Positions 50,026 through 60,248 of a stretch of 64,000 bases of DNA are shown here, one piece after another. Made by a program: the position numbers and the translations under genes. Position 1 is the first letter of the stretch. Each line of letters opens with the position of its first letter. The DNA comes from an uncultured Nitrososphaerota archaeon (lineage in GTDB: Archaea; Thermoproteota; Nitrososphaeria; Nitrososphaerales; Nitrosopumilaceae), in assembly GCA_963701075.1 (NCBI GenBank), contig OY969559.1, forward strand, positions 1,184,577-1,248,576, written 5' to 3'. The notes below the pieces were generated by a model. The model was given only the letters and a program-made list of their open reading frames with translations. It had not been told where the DNA came from and did no database searches.

Positions 50026-50538
50026 TTACGCTTTATTTCCTTGCGGTTCATTCTTTGTTCCGGTTTTGAGTATGCCTCTCTCAATCATTCCCTTTAGCAA
50101 GTCGCCAAATGCCGATTGAGTCGGCATTACCTTCGTTACTATGGAATCAATTATTGACTGTCTTTTTATTCCGACAGGTTCTGCCATCATGTTTTCAAAC
50201 GACATTTTACTGAGAGTTTCAACCTCGGACAGCATTTTTCTAACCATGACAGTAAATCCGGTCAACGCGAAATTTCTAAGATCTTGATAAATCTCAGGAA
50301 GTTCTGAAAATGCCTTTTTGTGTCGTTTGTATGTGCTCATTGAGATGGTAATTGGTACTGGCATGTTGTCTTTCACAAGTATGGAACTGTCTGCATTTGT
50401 CCTGTATCCCAGTACGCCTGAATTGATGTATTTCAGGGCGTTTAGGTTCGTAAAACCAAATGCCTCGCTTGTCCATATTGCATTTTTGACTCTTTGCAGG
50501 AATTCTTCCCTTGTAATTTGAGGATCAGATTTAGTCAT
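50026..50538 (-). CDS. Hypothetical protein
   Basis: 170-aa ORF. Confidence 0.35.
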   Translation of the reverse strand: MTKSDPQITREEFLQRVKNAIWTSEAFGFTNLNALKYINSGVLGYRTNADSSILVKDNMPVPITISMSTYKRHKKAFSELPEIYQDLRNFALTGFTVMVRKMLSEVETLSKMSFENMMAEPVGIKRQSIIDSIVTKVMPTQSAFGDLLKGMIERGILKTGTKNEPQGNKA

Positions 50539-50895
50539 TTTTGTTCCTGCCGCTGAGCTTTTTTAGGGTCAAAATAGTTTTTTCTCATTTGAAATAGACA
50601 TTTTTGATTTGTTCATTGTGATGTGATCTCCTTTGACACGATTTGACACGAATTGGGATTCGTGGCATCGTTTACTTCCTTTTTATTCGTAAAATCGCCT
50701 ATTTTACTAGAGGAATCACCATCCCACGATCCCACGAGAGAATAACGCTCACCTAAAGACTCTAACTCAATCTTTAACCAACTGGCAAATTCTTCTTGTG
50801 TAAAGGCTATGTTGGTAGCTTCTAAATCAGAAAACTTCTTTTCAGTTGGAAAATATTGGTTTTCTTTATTGATATCATCTTTTGTTAAAAATCCG

Positions 50896-52143
50896 CTATT
50901 CAGCTAACCAATTGAGAATCTCTCTTGCCCTGTTTTCACTATAACCACTAGTTTTTACAACCTCTTTTACTTTCACTCCTCTTGCTTCCAGAGCACAGTT
51001 TTCGCTGTACAGTTTTTTTACTAGAGATAAGAGTTGCATTTGCTTTGTAGATGTTTTGTTGATTGTTTGCTTGATAGTTTGTCCTGCTATCTCTAATGCT
51101 TCGATAAAGTCCTCTGGTTTTGCCACAATCCAATATGTGTATTCTTTTTCTGTTGAGCCAAAACTATCAGTAAGAAAATGCTTGGGTTTATTGTCTTGTA
51201 GATATGGCCTGTTCAATCCATGGATAAATGCAATAACACAGGTTAGGTTGAGTATCTTTGCAAGGTCTCTTCTTATTTCCAGGTGTTTAGGAATGATTGA
51301 ATCAAGCTTATCGGCAAATGGAATCAAGATTCCCTCTGTATGCTGGGCCATTTTCTTTAGTTGCTTGAAAAATGTGGTCAATGTTTCGATATTGGACTCC
51401 CATTCGTCATTGGCCTTGATTTTTGAGTAATCTGACAGCGTATATTTGATAATTCGTTCTGTTTGGATATCTGACTCGTCAAGCTCCATCATGAATACTC
51501 TGTTAGCTGTCTCTGAATCAATATCGAATTTTGTCGCAGTGGTTACAAATACCGGATATCCAGTTACAACAAAATCTTTAGGTGTATTTTCCCCTTTTTC
51601 TCCCTTATCCACGCATCCAAACTTTAAGACGCCTTCGGTTAGCAGATGCTTTAGTCTTTGAATTGACAATTGCTTGTCATCATTTACTCTTTCTAGTTGC
51701 TCAAGCTTGATTATCTTTCCATCTACATTATGTTGTGATCTTTTGAAATGTGCTTCTGTGAAATCGGTATAATCAATCAAGTCATTTTTAAAAGGCTGTA
51801 ATACATTGTTTAGCAAATAGGATTTGCCAGTACTGGAGCTGTTTGATATTATTGCACTTAATCTGTATTTCTTTGGCAGGTCTTTTGATACAAAACAGCA
51901 GGTCAGGGTCTTGAGGTTGTTTGATTCTCCAACTATCTTGACTGAATATTTTCGTGCTATCGTGTCAAGCAATTTTGGGTCTTTTGGGTTGATTTTGTTC
52001 GTAAGTTCCTGATTTTGTGGCACGAAACCTCTTTCCGTGGGATCAGTATCTTTTTCGTGGGACGTATTAGACAAATGGCTCTCCACTAGCCTAAAGCCTC
52101 TTTTGCTTTGATCTTCCTCGACCAATGAGGAAGAGAAATGCAA
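50896..52143 (-). CDS. P-loop NTPase, putative SF3/D5-like replicative helicase of the island
   Basis: 415 aa; Walker A-like SSSTGKSY, Walker B VFMMELDE; position next to integrase. Confidence 0.4.
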   Translation of the reverse strand: MHFSSSLVEEDQSKRGFRLVESHLSNTSHEKDTDPTERGFVPQNQELTNKINPKDPKLLDTIARKYSVKIVGESNNLKTLTCCFVSKDLPKKYRLSAIISNSSSTGKSYLLNNVLQPFKNDLIDYTDFTEAHFKRSQHNVDGKIIKLEQLERVNDDKQLSIQRLKHLLTEGVLKFGCVDKGEKGENTPKDFVVTGYPVFVTTATKFDIDSETANRVFMMELDESDIQTERIIKYTLSDYSKIKANDEWESNIETLTTFFKQLKKMAQHTEGILIPFADKLDSIIPKHLEIRRDLAKILNLTCVIAFIHGLNRPYLQDNKPKHFLTDSFGSTEKEYTYWIVAKPEDFIEALEIAGQTIKQTINKTSTKQMQLLSLVKKLYSENCALEARGVKVKEVVKTSGYSENRAREILNWLAE

Positions 52144-52406
52144 GAAGAACAGACCAGATATGTACTGCCGATAGCATATGTGACTCGAAACTCTGGTTCA
52201 GAAGAACAGCATCGTAGGACTGTACTCATTTTTGTGACACTTCCTTTTCTAAAAGAAAATTTAAAATCTCATCAAAAGTCTGATCTTTCTTACCCAGAGC
52301 GGCTAGTTTGTCACGTGTTTTATGTGATAGTGCAATTGTTGTAAAGCTAGACATGACATTATAGTTATCATAATTGCTATAAGAGAAGTAACCTTGTTAG
52401 ATACCT

Positions 52407-53354
52407 ATGGAAATTGTTAAATGCCCAAGGTGTGATTTTAGTGGAGGTTCATTACACTATCGTAGAGGGAGAATGGGAACTAGACTATATCCCTACGTCA
52501 AACATTATGATCCTTCTAAGAAATCAAAAATAAAATGGTGTTATTTGAAAACAGAAAAACTCACACAGATAGAATTTAGAGATAAAAAAATCAATACGCA
52601 GAAGACCGATCTTGCACCTGAAGAGTGGTACAAAATACCATTGTTATCGTCTAATTATAATAGTGTTGAATCATATCGGAATCGAATAGAAAATAAAAAA
52701 GTGCAAGAAGATTTTGTAGAATCCTTAGAAAAAGTAATACTTGTTCTACAGAGGATGAAAGCAAAAATGTCCGAAATTGAAAGAGTAATGAAGCAAAATG
52801 GTGAAGAATATCAAGAATTTCGTTCTACGTTATTAAAGTTTGATACGACATGGAAAGTTCTCAGTTCAATTCATAGTTCCACGCCAGAAATTAGTTTGTT
52901 ACTACTAAAATGTACAGAAGCTTGGATTGAATATATAAGTGGCATATACATTTCACGTGTGAAGAAATGGCATCTCGATAAAAAACAAGCTCTTAAGATC
53001 ATAAAGGGTCAAGTCCGAGAAGTTCACCCTATTTTTGATCCAAAGACAAGAGATGAAGCACTGATGTGTAATTTTCATGGTACGCAATGTCAGAAATGTA
53101 AGTCTTGGAGAACCGATCTGGCCCCTGATGGCATCGAATTCAAGTGTAAATGCTATGTATGTGATGCAAGATTTGAACGTGGAATTATATCAAAATGTGG
53201 ACAGTGTCACATCCCATTTTATGATGCGGTAATTAAGAGAATGAAAGAAACTGCCATTGAGATTCATGAAGATAAAATATTCACACGTTGCATTAAGTGT
53301 AATAATGAAATTTCTTTATCAACAAAACAGCTAGATGTGATTCAGATATGTTAA
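52407..53354 (+). CDS. Multi-zinc-finger protein
   Basis: 315 aa; CPRCD N-terminal and several C-terminal CxxC pairs (CQKCKSW, CKCYVCD, CGQCH, CIKCNN). Confidence 0.35.
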   Translation: MEIVKCPRCDFSGGSLHYRRGRMGTRLYPYVKHYDPSKKSKIKWCYLKTEKLTQIEFRDKKINTQKTDLAPEEWYKIPLLSSNYNSVESYRNRIENKKVQEDFVESLEKVILVLQRMKAKMSEIERVMKQNGEEYQEFRSTLLKFDTTWKVLSSIHSSTPEISLLLLKCTEAWIEYISGIYISRVKKWHLDKKQALKIIKGQVREVHPIFDPKTRDEALMCNFHGTQCQKCKSWRTDLAPDGIEFKCKCYVCDARFERGIISKCGQCHIPFYDAVIKRMKETAIEIHEDKIFTRCIKCNNEISLSTKQLDVIQIC

Positions 53355-53414
53355 TATCAATTCTTTCCGTTCTCTAGATGTTTCTTAGCTTCAGGATCTT
53401 TGCTTAAAAGATAA

Positions 53415-54521
53415 TCAATCAGCTTGTTTCTGCCTTTGGATTTCATCTTCTAGATTCTCCTTTTCTGATAACTTGATTTCCAATTCTCTATTTTGAACAA
53501 GTAACCTTTCGGAGTCATCCACAATCAAATCCTTTATGGCCTTTTGAAACTCGGCAAAACATTGTTCTTCTGTAGGCACAAAATAGGTTCCATCAAGCCC
53601 ATTTTTGTGACCCATAAGCTTCTCGGCAATATTTGAATTGATTTCCTTGTTTGCCTTGAGGATTGTGTTGAATCTCTTCCTAAATCCGTGACAGAGTTGG
53701 ATATTGTATCTCGACCCGTTTTTCTCTCTGGCAAGGCCCGATTTTCTCATTAGTCGCTTGAGAACGTCCACATGACCCCTATACCTCATGGCATGCGCTA
53801 ATGTTGCCCTTGTATCATATTTGTCTCTGAATAGTGGGGATTCCAGAGTGAGCATCTCGCCATCATTACGCCTTTTTTCTAGGTAGGAATCAAGCGCCTT
53901 GGCTGCCTCTGGCGACAAGAATGTTATGTATTCTTCTTTGGTGCTTTCGTAAATGACTACTCGCTTACATCCGTCTGGCATGTTTTTCAGATGTTTTATC
54001 TTCAAGCCTTCCAGTGCGCCCACTCTGACTCCGGTAGAAGCCAAAAATAGGATTATTGCCCTATTTCTGAGATCTGTGGTTACCTTCAACAACAATTGAA
54101 CATGTCTGGTATCGTATGCGCTGTATCCTGATCTTTTGATGGTTTCTGGAAACAATTTTTTGACTTTCTTGAAGTTTAGAACCCTATCATTCATGGAAAA
54201 GAATAGCTGAAGGCTGGTAAGCATGACTGGAAATGAGTTTGGATTGAGATCTTGCGTCTTGAGAAATATGATATAGTCTTCTAGCAACTTTTGGAGCTTC
54301 ATGTCTGGAATACCAGCTAATTTGTCATAATCGCTAATTTCTACAAAATCCATGAATTTTTTCAAAGTGATTCTGTAATTTCTTCGAGTATACTCTGATC
54401 TTATGGCACTCTCAAAGACTCGAAGACTCCGATTATCATTTTTTACTAGTTTTTGCGGCAATTGTTTCTTTTTTGAATTCTCTTGCTTATAGGAACTAAT
54501 TCGAATAGGTGCGTTTTCCAT
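53415..54521 (-). CDS. Tyrosine site-specific recombinase / integrase
   Basis: 368 aa; ASTGVRVGAL (Arg box), LCHGFRKRF (HxxR), LMGHKN...DGTYF (catalytic Tyr region). Confidence 0.8.
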   Translation of the reverse strand: MENAPIRISSYKQENSKKKQLPQKLVKNDNRSLRVFESAIRSEYTRRNYRITLKKFMDFVEISDYDKLAGIPDMKLQKLLEDYIIFLKTQDLNPNSFPVMLTSLQLFFSMNDRVLNFKKVKKLFPETIKRSGYSAYDTRHVQLLLKVTTDLRNRAIILFLASTGVRVGALEGLKIKHLKNMPDGCKRVVIYESTKEEYITFLSPEAAKALDSYLEKRRNDGEMLTLESPLFRDKYDTRATLAHAMRYRGHVDVLKRLMRKSGLAREKNGSRYNIQLCHGFRKRFNTILKANKEINSNIAEKLMGHKNGLDGTYFVPTEEQCFAEFQKAIKDLIVDDSERLLVQNRELEIKLSEKENLEDEIQRQKQAD

Positions 54522-54565
54522 ACCTTTTTTGATTTAAATGAGGGTGGTTCTGACCTGTTAATTCT

Positions 54566-54994
54566 ATGGCAAGAACCAAAGTTGTTTGTATTTCTCACAA
54601 AGAAGATGCTGATGGGATAGGTGCCGCATCGCTAATCAGGCAAGCTTTTGGTGGAGATACCCGGCTTGTTGATTATCCTGGTCTTATGATCGAGCTTGAA
54701 CAATTACGTAATGATGAGTCACTAAAAACGGTATACATATGCGATTTGGGTCTTAGTAAAACAAACCAAGATCAATTCGTTGAACTCCTAAAGGCATTAA
54801 GGAAAAAACGCGTCTCAGTGACATACATTGATCACCATGATCTAGAAGACAACATAAAGAAAAAAATCAAGTCTTTAAAAGTCAAATTGATTCACACAGT
54901 AAATGAATGTACGACAGTTCAAGTCTATAACGCATTCAAGTCAAGGCTAAACGATCACAGACTCTCTAATTGCTGCCTGTTCTGCAGTCACTGA
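54566..54994 (+). CDS. DHH-family phosphoesterase (NrnA-like), N-terminal DHH fragment
   Basis: CISHKEDADGIGAAS and DHHD motifs; ORF ends prematurely. Confidence 0.55.
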   Translation: MARTKVVCISHKEDADGIGAASLIRQAFGGDTRLVDYPGLMIELEQLRNDESLKTVYICDLGLSKTNQDQFVELLKALRKKRVSVTYIDHHDLEDNIKKKIKSLKVKLIHTVNECTTVQVYNAFKSRLNDHRLSNCCLFCSH

Positions 54995-54998
54995 TTAC

Positions 54999-55547
54999 AT
55001 GGAGGATAGGCCTCTGGGCTCTAAGCTGCTTCAAAGGTTTGACAGGCAATTTATCTTACTTGAGGCAACAGTTCTTACCTTTACTATTGTTAGTCATCAA
55101 AAAGATAATGATTATTTGTTATATCTTGTAGATGAGCTAAGCCAATTAAAATATCCGCATGATATTCCAAATACTTTCGAGTTTGCACGCATACAAGCAG
55201 AAAGAATCTCAGGAGTAATTCAAAAGGTAAAAGATAACATGAAGAAAATAAAGAACCTGGCTTACATGGAAGTTACAGATTCTGGTGCAAGCATGGTAGT
55301 TAATTTTGTCTTGGGTATGTCAGGAAAAGATGTTGGGGTGTCATACAAATTCAGAGAAGAAAAAGGGATTTACGCCGTTTCTATTCGTGGTTCAAGATCA
55401 TGCAAATTGCATCTGGGTCGAATCGTCAACCAGTTGGCAACCGAGCTTGGAGGTTCAGGTGGAGGCCATGACAAGGCATGCGGTGCGGTTATACCAAAAG
55501 AAAAAATTTCTCAATTTATAAAAAAATTTAATTCCAAACTTAACTGA
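54999..55547 (+). CDS. DHH-family phosphoesterase (NrnA-like), DHHA1 fragment (GGGH)
   Basis: GGSGGGHDKACGA; frame continues upstream (..SLIAACSAVTDYMEDR) indicating a frameshift splits one ~320-aa gene. Confidence 0.55.
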   Translation: MEDRPLGSKLLQRFDRQFILLEATVLTFTIVSHQKDNDYLLYLVDELSQLKYPHDIPNTFEFARIQAERISGVIQKVKDNMKKIKNLAYMEVTDSGASMVVNFVLGMSGKDVGVSYKFREEKGIYAVSIRGSRSCKLHLGRIVNQLATELGGSGGGHDKACGAVIPKEKISQFIKKFNSKLN

Positions 55548-55995
55548 CTTCGGCTATCAAGTCTATCTCAACAGTAGAGTTTAACGGAAGACTTGCAACT
55601 CCGACTGCAATTCTAGAATGTTTACCATAGTCTCCAAATATTTCAAACAACAGATCTGAGGCAGCGTTGATTATCTTTGGATGTTCAGTAAAGTCTTGCG
55701 TGCTGTTTACAAATCCTGATACTCGTACGATTCTTGAAATCTTGTCAAGTGTTCCAATCTCTGCCTTGAGTTGTGCCAAGACGTTTATGATGCAAAGTCT
55801 GGCTGCTTGTTGTGCAACCTCTATTGATACATTTGTGGGAACCTTACCCTGAAATTCCACTTTGCCATCTTTGACTGGAATCTGACCTGAGACAAATACT
55901 AGATTTCCTGTTCTAACAACAGGAATGTATGAACCTGCAGGTTTGGGTGGTATTGGAAGTGAAATGTTTAGCAAACCGAGTTTTTCTTCAATCAC
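55540..55995 (-). CDS. RidA/YjgF/L-PSP family enamine/imine deaminase
   Basis: 151 aa; family pattern incl. FVSGQIP and C-terminal RIAVGVASLP...VEIDLIAEV. Confidence 0.75.
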   Translation of the reverse strand: MIEEKLGLLNISLPIPPKPAGSYIPVVRTGNLVFVSGQIPVKDGKVEFQGKVPTNVSIEVAQQAARLCIINVLAQLKAEIGTLDKISRIVRVSGFVNSTQDFTEHPKIINAASDLLFEIFGDYGKHSRIAVGVASLPLNSTVEIDLIAEVS

Positions 55996-56086
55996 AATTT
56001 TTTGCTCATTGCTTGAACTTTTAACTTTATCTTGACGCCGATTTACCAGTCTTTATCTTCATATACAATGTAAGCAGAGCCTAACT

Positions 56087-56320
56087 GTGGAAAAGTCACA
56101 TAGCAAGAAAATGCAAAAGGACTTGGATATCATGGAATCAAAACTTAATGCATTCGAGGCCTCATCTGATGACAAATACCAAAAATCTATGATCGGTGTC
56201 CTAAAAGGCATAGTTGAAAATCAAAAACACCTCATAGATGAATTTGAGCACCTGAAAAAAGCAATAGATCTACTCACGCTTCAGATCTTCAAAGTGGAAA
56301 AAAGCTTCAATTCTGGATAG
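56087..56320 (+). CDS. Hypothetical coiled-coil protein
   Basis: 77-aa ORF. Confidence 0.3.
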   Translation: MEKSHSKKMQKDLDIMESKLNAFEASSDDKYQKSMIGVLKGIVENQKHLIDEFEHLKKAIDLLTLQIFKVEKSFNSG

Positions 56321-56414
56321 TAAACTTGGGGCAAGGCGTCTTGCCATGTTTTACGACTCGGAAAGATGACATATTAATAAAAGATTAAATTCAGCACCAT
56401 TTTTTGGACAACAA

Positions 56415-57521
56415 ATGTCACTGTCAACTAATCCTGACGATAAACCAATACCTGCTCGAAAAGACAAGAATCCCCATAACTACAGAAAAGTGGGGTATTC
56501 AATGATAATAATTTCAGTATCTCTGACAATAATCGGATTACTTTCGTGGAATCTTGCCAGCAATTACCATTTCTCAACTAACATAATGGCTTTACAAGAA
56601 GTAGATACCATGACACCAAGTTCAGGCTACAATATTGTTCTTTTTGATACTTCACAACCTGTTGGTGCAAAACTGAAGATGCTGGATCACGCAGATACAT
56701 TTGATGCTGCACAACAACTGCAATCCCAAGACGCAGTACAAAATCCAGGGTCAACAATACAAGTTCTAATCTTTAACGGCTCTAAAGATTATAATCTAAA
56801 CCAAATGGCAGGTGCCGAAGTATTTATCCAGACTCCAAAAACAGGTTACAACGTAGTCCTTGATAGTTACAATTTGGCAGTGGGAGCAAAACTAACGTCA
56901 GGCTCATACGAAGCCACTCTTGCCAACGCTACTGCATATGAACAACTACAAACAAATCAAATACAAGGGCAAGAAGTTAAAATTCTAGTTTTTTCTTCAT
57001 CATTTCCTGATAATCTAAAACTGGTAACAAATTCCAGTACGCCTGTAACAAATTATACGATGGTGCTACCGCCAAGTCCAGTCTCAAGTGCACCGCCAAC
57101 ATCTACAAATCAAACAACTACTGTTGCAAGTTCAGGCAGTTCTAATGCAACAGCCACTCCATCACCGCAAGTATCCTCTAACAAAACTACAGCTGTTCTA
57201 GCAACAAATCAAACTGCTGCTGTTGGAGCAAACAAGACTGCATCTGTTGCAGCAACAAACCAAACTGTAACTGTTGCAACAAACAAGACTGCATCTGTTG
57301 CACTCAATCAAACTATGGCGATATCAAACACGCCAAACGCCACTTCTGTAGTTGCAAACAAAATATCAAGTATACCGTCTAACCAAACTAATGCCACCTC
57401 TTCAAAAACAATTAACGCAACTGCATCTACAAAAGTTGCCATGAACACAACTGTGACTACTGGAGTCTCAAAATCAGTTAACCTAAATGAAACGGTAAGT
57501 CTTAACGTCACAGGAAAATAA
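56415..57521 (+). CDS. Membrane-anchored Ser/Thr/Asn-rich surface protein with tandem N-glycosylation sequon repeats
   Basis: 368 aa; TM IIISVSLTIIGLL; repeated N(Q/K)T(A/V)xV units, visible as imperfect ~27-54-nt tandem repeats at 57170-57330. Confidence 0.45.
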   Translation: MSLSTNPDDKPIPARKDKNPHNYRKVGYSMIIISVSLTIIGLLSWNLASNYHFSTNIMALQEVDTMTPSSGYNIVLFDTSQPVGAKLKMLDHADTFDAAQQLQSQDAVQNPGSTIQVLIFNGSKDYNLNQMAGAEVFIQTPKTGYNVVLDSYNLAVGAKLTSGSYEATLANATAYEQLQTNQIQGQEVKILVFSSSFPDNLKLVTNSSTPVTNYTMVLPPSPVSSAPPTSTNQTTTVASSGSSNATATPSPQVSSNKTTAVLATNQTAAVGANKTASVAATNQTVTVATNKTASVALNQTMAISNTPNATSVVANKISSIPSNQTNATSSKTINATASTKVAMNTTVTTGVSKSVNLNETVSLNVTGK

Positions 57522-57776
57522 AGGCTAGACCAGCTCTTCGTCAATCTCATCTATCGGATCAAGATATTGTTTGCATGAACAGTTTGGTATTAGGCATCTG
57601 CCAGCTTTTAGAAAAGAATGGCTCTCACTTGAAGGCTCATGTATGGCATCAGTGTGGTGACAACGCTTACAGTTCATAACTGAAAGAATTTACACTGTTA
57701 TTTAATATTTGAAAAAATCTCTGAAACCGGAAATAAGATAGAACACTACAAATAGTCATTTTCAATTCTAGAAATT

Positions 57777-59807
57777 GTGGAACCAAACAAGCTAATTCAC
57801 GAATCCAGTCCGTATCTTCTGCAGCATGCCTACAACCCAGTAAAATGGTATCCATGGTGTGATGAAGCCCTAAACAAAGCAAAGGATGAGAACAAGCCCA
57901 TATTTCTCAGCGTAGGTTACAGTGCATGTCATTGGTGCCATGTTATGGCGCACGAGTCTTTTGAAAACCAAGAGATTGCCCAAGTAATGAACGAGAACTT
58001 TGTCAATATCAAAGTAGACAGAGAGGAAAGGCCAGACATTGACGATATTTATCAAAAAGTATGTCAGTTAGTTACGGGCAGTGGTGGTTGGCCTCTTAGC
58101 GTATTTCTTACGCCAAATCAGAGACCATTTTATGTTGGAACGTATTTTCCGCCGCTTGACAATTATGGAAGGCATGGTTTTGGAAGCATCATAAGACAGC
58201 TTGCACAATCTTGGAAGGAAAAGCCCCATGACGTAGAGGCTGCAGCTGATAACTTTGTCAACTCGTTGCAAAAAACCGAGTCTGTCTCAATGCCTTCAAA
58301 ATTGGACAAATCCATACTTGATGAAGCTGCTGTAAACTTGCTTTCACTTGGGGATCCAACCAATGGAGGGTTTGGCGGTGCACCAAAATTTCCAAATGCT
58401 GCAAATCTGTCATTTATGTTGCGGTACTCTAAACTCTCTGGAATCTCAAAGTTTCAGGAATTCACACTGAAAACTCTAACAAAAATGGCAAATGGAGGAA
58501 TATATGATCAAATTAGGGGAGGGTTTCACAGATATTCAACGGACGCTAGGTGGCTTGTCCCGCATTTTGAAAAGATGTTGTATGATAATGCACTACTGCC
58601 AGTTGTATATGCTGAGGCATATCAGGTATCAAAGGACAAAAAGTACCTTGATGTGATAAATCGCACATTGGAATATGTTTTGAAGGAAATGACCTCGCCT
58701 GATGGGGGATTCTATTCTGCACAGGATGCAGACTCGGAAGGTGAAGAAGGAAAATACTATGTTTGGAAAAAAAATGAGATTCGAGAAATACTTGGAAGTG
58801 ACTCTGATCTGTTTTGTCTATATTATGATGTTGTAGATGGAGGAAACTTTGAGGGCCATAACATATTGCATACCAACATAAACCTGTCTTCTGCCGCATT
58901 TCAATTTGGCAAGACTGAATCTGAAGCCAGGGATATACTAGAAAGAAGCAAGGTAAAGCTTTTGGAAGCAAGAATCAAACGCGTGGTGCCTGGTAGAGAC
59001 GAAAAGATTCTCACAAGTTGGAACGGACTTATGATAACGGGATTTCTACGGGGATACAGAGTTACAAGAGACGCTGATTTCTTAAAGGCTGCAGAAAACT
59101 GCATCAAGTTCATAGAAGAAAAAATGGTGAAAAATGGAGAATTGTTACATACTTACAAAGATGGGCAAGCAAAACTTAGAGCGTATCTTGACGATTATGC
59201 ATATTTTGTAAATGCATTGCTTGATTATTTTGAAGCCCGACCTACCAAGAAATACTTGGATCTTGCTACCTACTATGCAGATTACTTACTGGAACACTTT
59301 TGGGATGAAAATGAAAAGAATTTCTTTTTCACTGCAGATAATCATGAAAAGCTAATCATACGCACAAAAAACATCTATGATTTGTCTCTTCCCTCTGGAA
59401 ATTCTGTTGCTGCCGGGGCGTTGTTGAGACTATATCATATCACACATAATGAGAGGTATTTTGATATCTCGCTTAAGATAATGGAATCGCTTTCTACCAT
59501 GGCGGCAGAAAACCCATTTGGTTTTGGTCAACTCTTAAATGTCATTTACATGTATCTTAAAAAACCAACTGAGATAACTATGATAAACTACGCCAACAAG
59601 GAATTGTGTACTTGGCTTGAAAAGAGATTTCTCCCAGAATCAATACTTGTGGGCGTAGATAGCAAAGAAAACCTCAAGGATCTGCAACCATTGCCATTTT
59701 TTGCAGGAAAAGAATTTGTAGAAACAAAGACCCAAGTCTACGTATGCAAGGATTTTACGTGTTCATTACCACTAGAAACAATAGATGAAGTTGAGAATCT
59801 TCTCTAG
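57777..59807 (+). CDS. Thioredoxin-domain protein, DUF255/YyaL (SSP411-like) with six-hairpin glycosidase-like C-terminal domain
   Basis: 676 aa; YNPVKWYPW...[13 protein letters not shown] signature. Confidence 0.8.
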   Translation: MEPNKLIHESSPYLLQHAYNPVKWYPWCDEALNKAKDENKPIFLSVGYSACHWCHVMAHESFENQEIAQVMNENFVNIKVDREERPDIDDIYQKVCQLVTGSGGWPLSVFLTPNQRPFYVGTYFPPLDNYGRHGFGSIIRQLAQSWKEKPHDVEAAADNFVNSLQKTESVSMPSKLDKSILDEAAVNLLSLGDPTNGGFGGAPKFPNAANLSFMLRYSKLSGISKFQEFTLKTLTKMANGGIYDQIRGGFHRYSTDARWLVPHFEKMLYDNALLPVVYAEAYQVSKDKKYLDVINRTLEYVLKEMTSPDGGFYSAQDADSEGEEGKYYVWKKNEIREILGSDSDLFCLYYDVVDGGNFEGHNILHTNINLSSAAFQFGKTESEARDILERSKVKLLEARIKRVVPGRDEKILTSWNGLMITGFLRGYRVTRDADFLKAAENCIKFIEEKMVKNGELLHTYKDGQAKLRAYLDDYAYFVNALLDYFEARPTKKYLDLATYYADYLLEHFWDENEKNFFFTADNHEKLIIRTKNIYDLSLPSGNSVAAGALLRLYHITHNERYFDISLKIMESLSTMAAENPFGFGQLLNVIYMYLKKPTEITMINYANKELCTWLEKRFLPESILVGVDSKENLKDLQPLPFFAGKEFVETKTQVYVCKDFTCSLPLETIDEVENLL

Positions 59808-60124
59808 ATTTTTTTAATGTTAATCTCTAATCTTTGCCCGACTTGAGGGCTGCCCATTCTCTCATACTTGCGCTTTGGCATGGTTATTGTTATGGTAGTC
59901 TGGGCATAGCTCTTGATTGCAATAGTTGGTTGAGCCTGAAGTATTGCCTCTAGAAATGGAAGAATCTGGTCTTTTAATTCCGGGTCTAATTTTTTATTTA
60001 TGGCCTCTAGCATTAGTTGTTTTTGTGAAACTGGCTCGGTTTGCACATCTTCTGCAAGGGCAAGCTGTACTGTCTGCCCATTGTCAACTAGTTGCTGTAT
60101 CTGGTATTGTATAATTTCAGACAT
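59804..60124 (-). CDS. Hypothetical protein
   Basis: 106-aa ORF, 4-nt overlap with upstream gene end. Confidence 0.3.
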   Translation of the reverse strand: MSEIIQYQIQQLVDNGQTVQLALAEDVQTEPVSQKQLMLEAINKKLDPELKDQILPFLEAILQAQPTIAIKSYAQTTITITMPKRKYERMGSPQVGQRLEINIKKI

Positions 60125-60248
60125 GAATTATGGTTCAAAGTGTCAGAATTTATCTGTATGTGATGGTTGAGTCATTTGAAATGTGACCTGTATGTAATGA
60201 CTTGGCCAATGCCTGCGTGTTGGAATAGATTGAGAAATATCTCAAAAT

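Larger units (their letters stand above)
41000..54565. mobile_element. Putative integrated element / genomic island (integrase at right end, replication-like genes, defence-like cargo); left boundary uncertain
   Basis: Tyrosine integrase 53415-54521, P-loop helicase-like 50896-52143, AbrB-like, SIR2/ATPase/HEPN cargo; shared TTTTTGATTTAAAT(C)GAG at 40873 and 54526. Confidence 0.35.
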
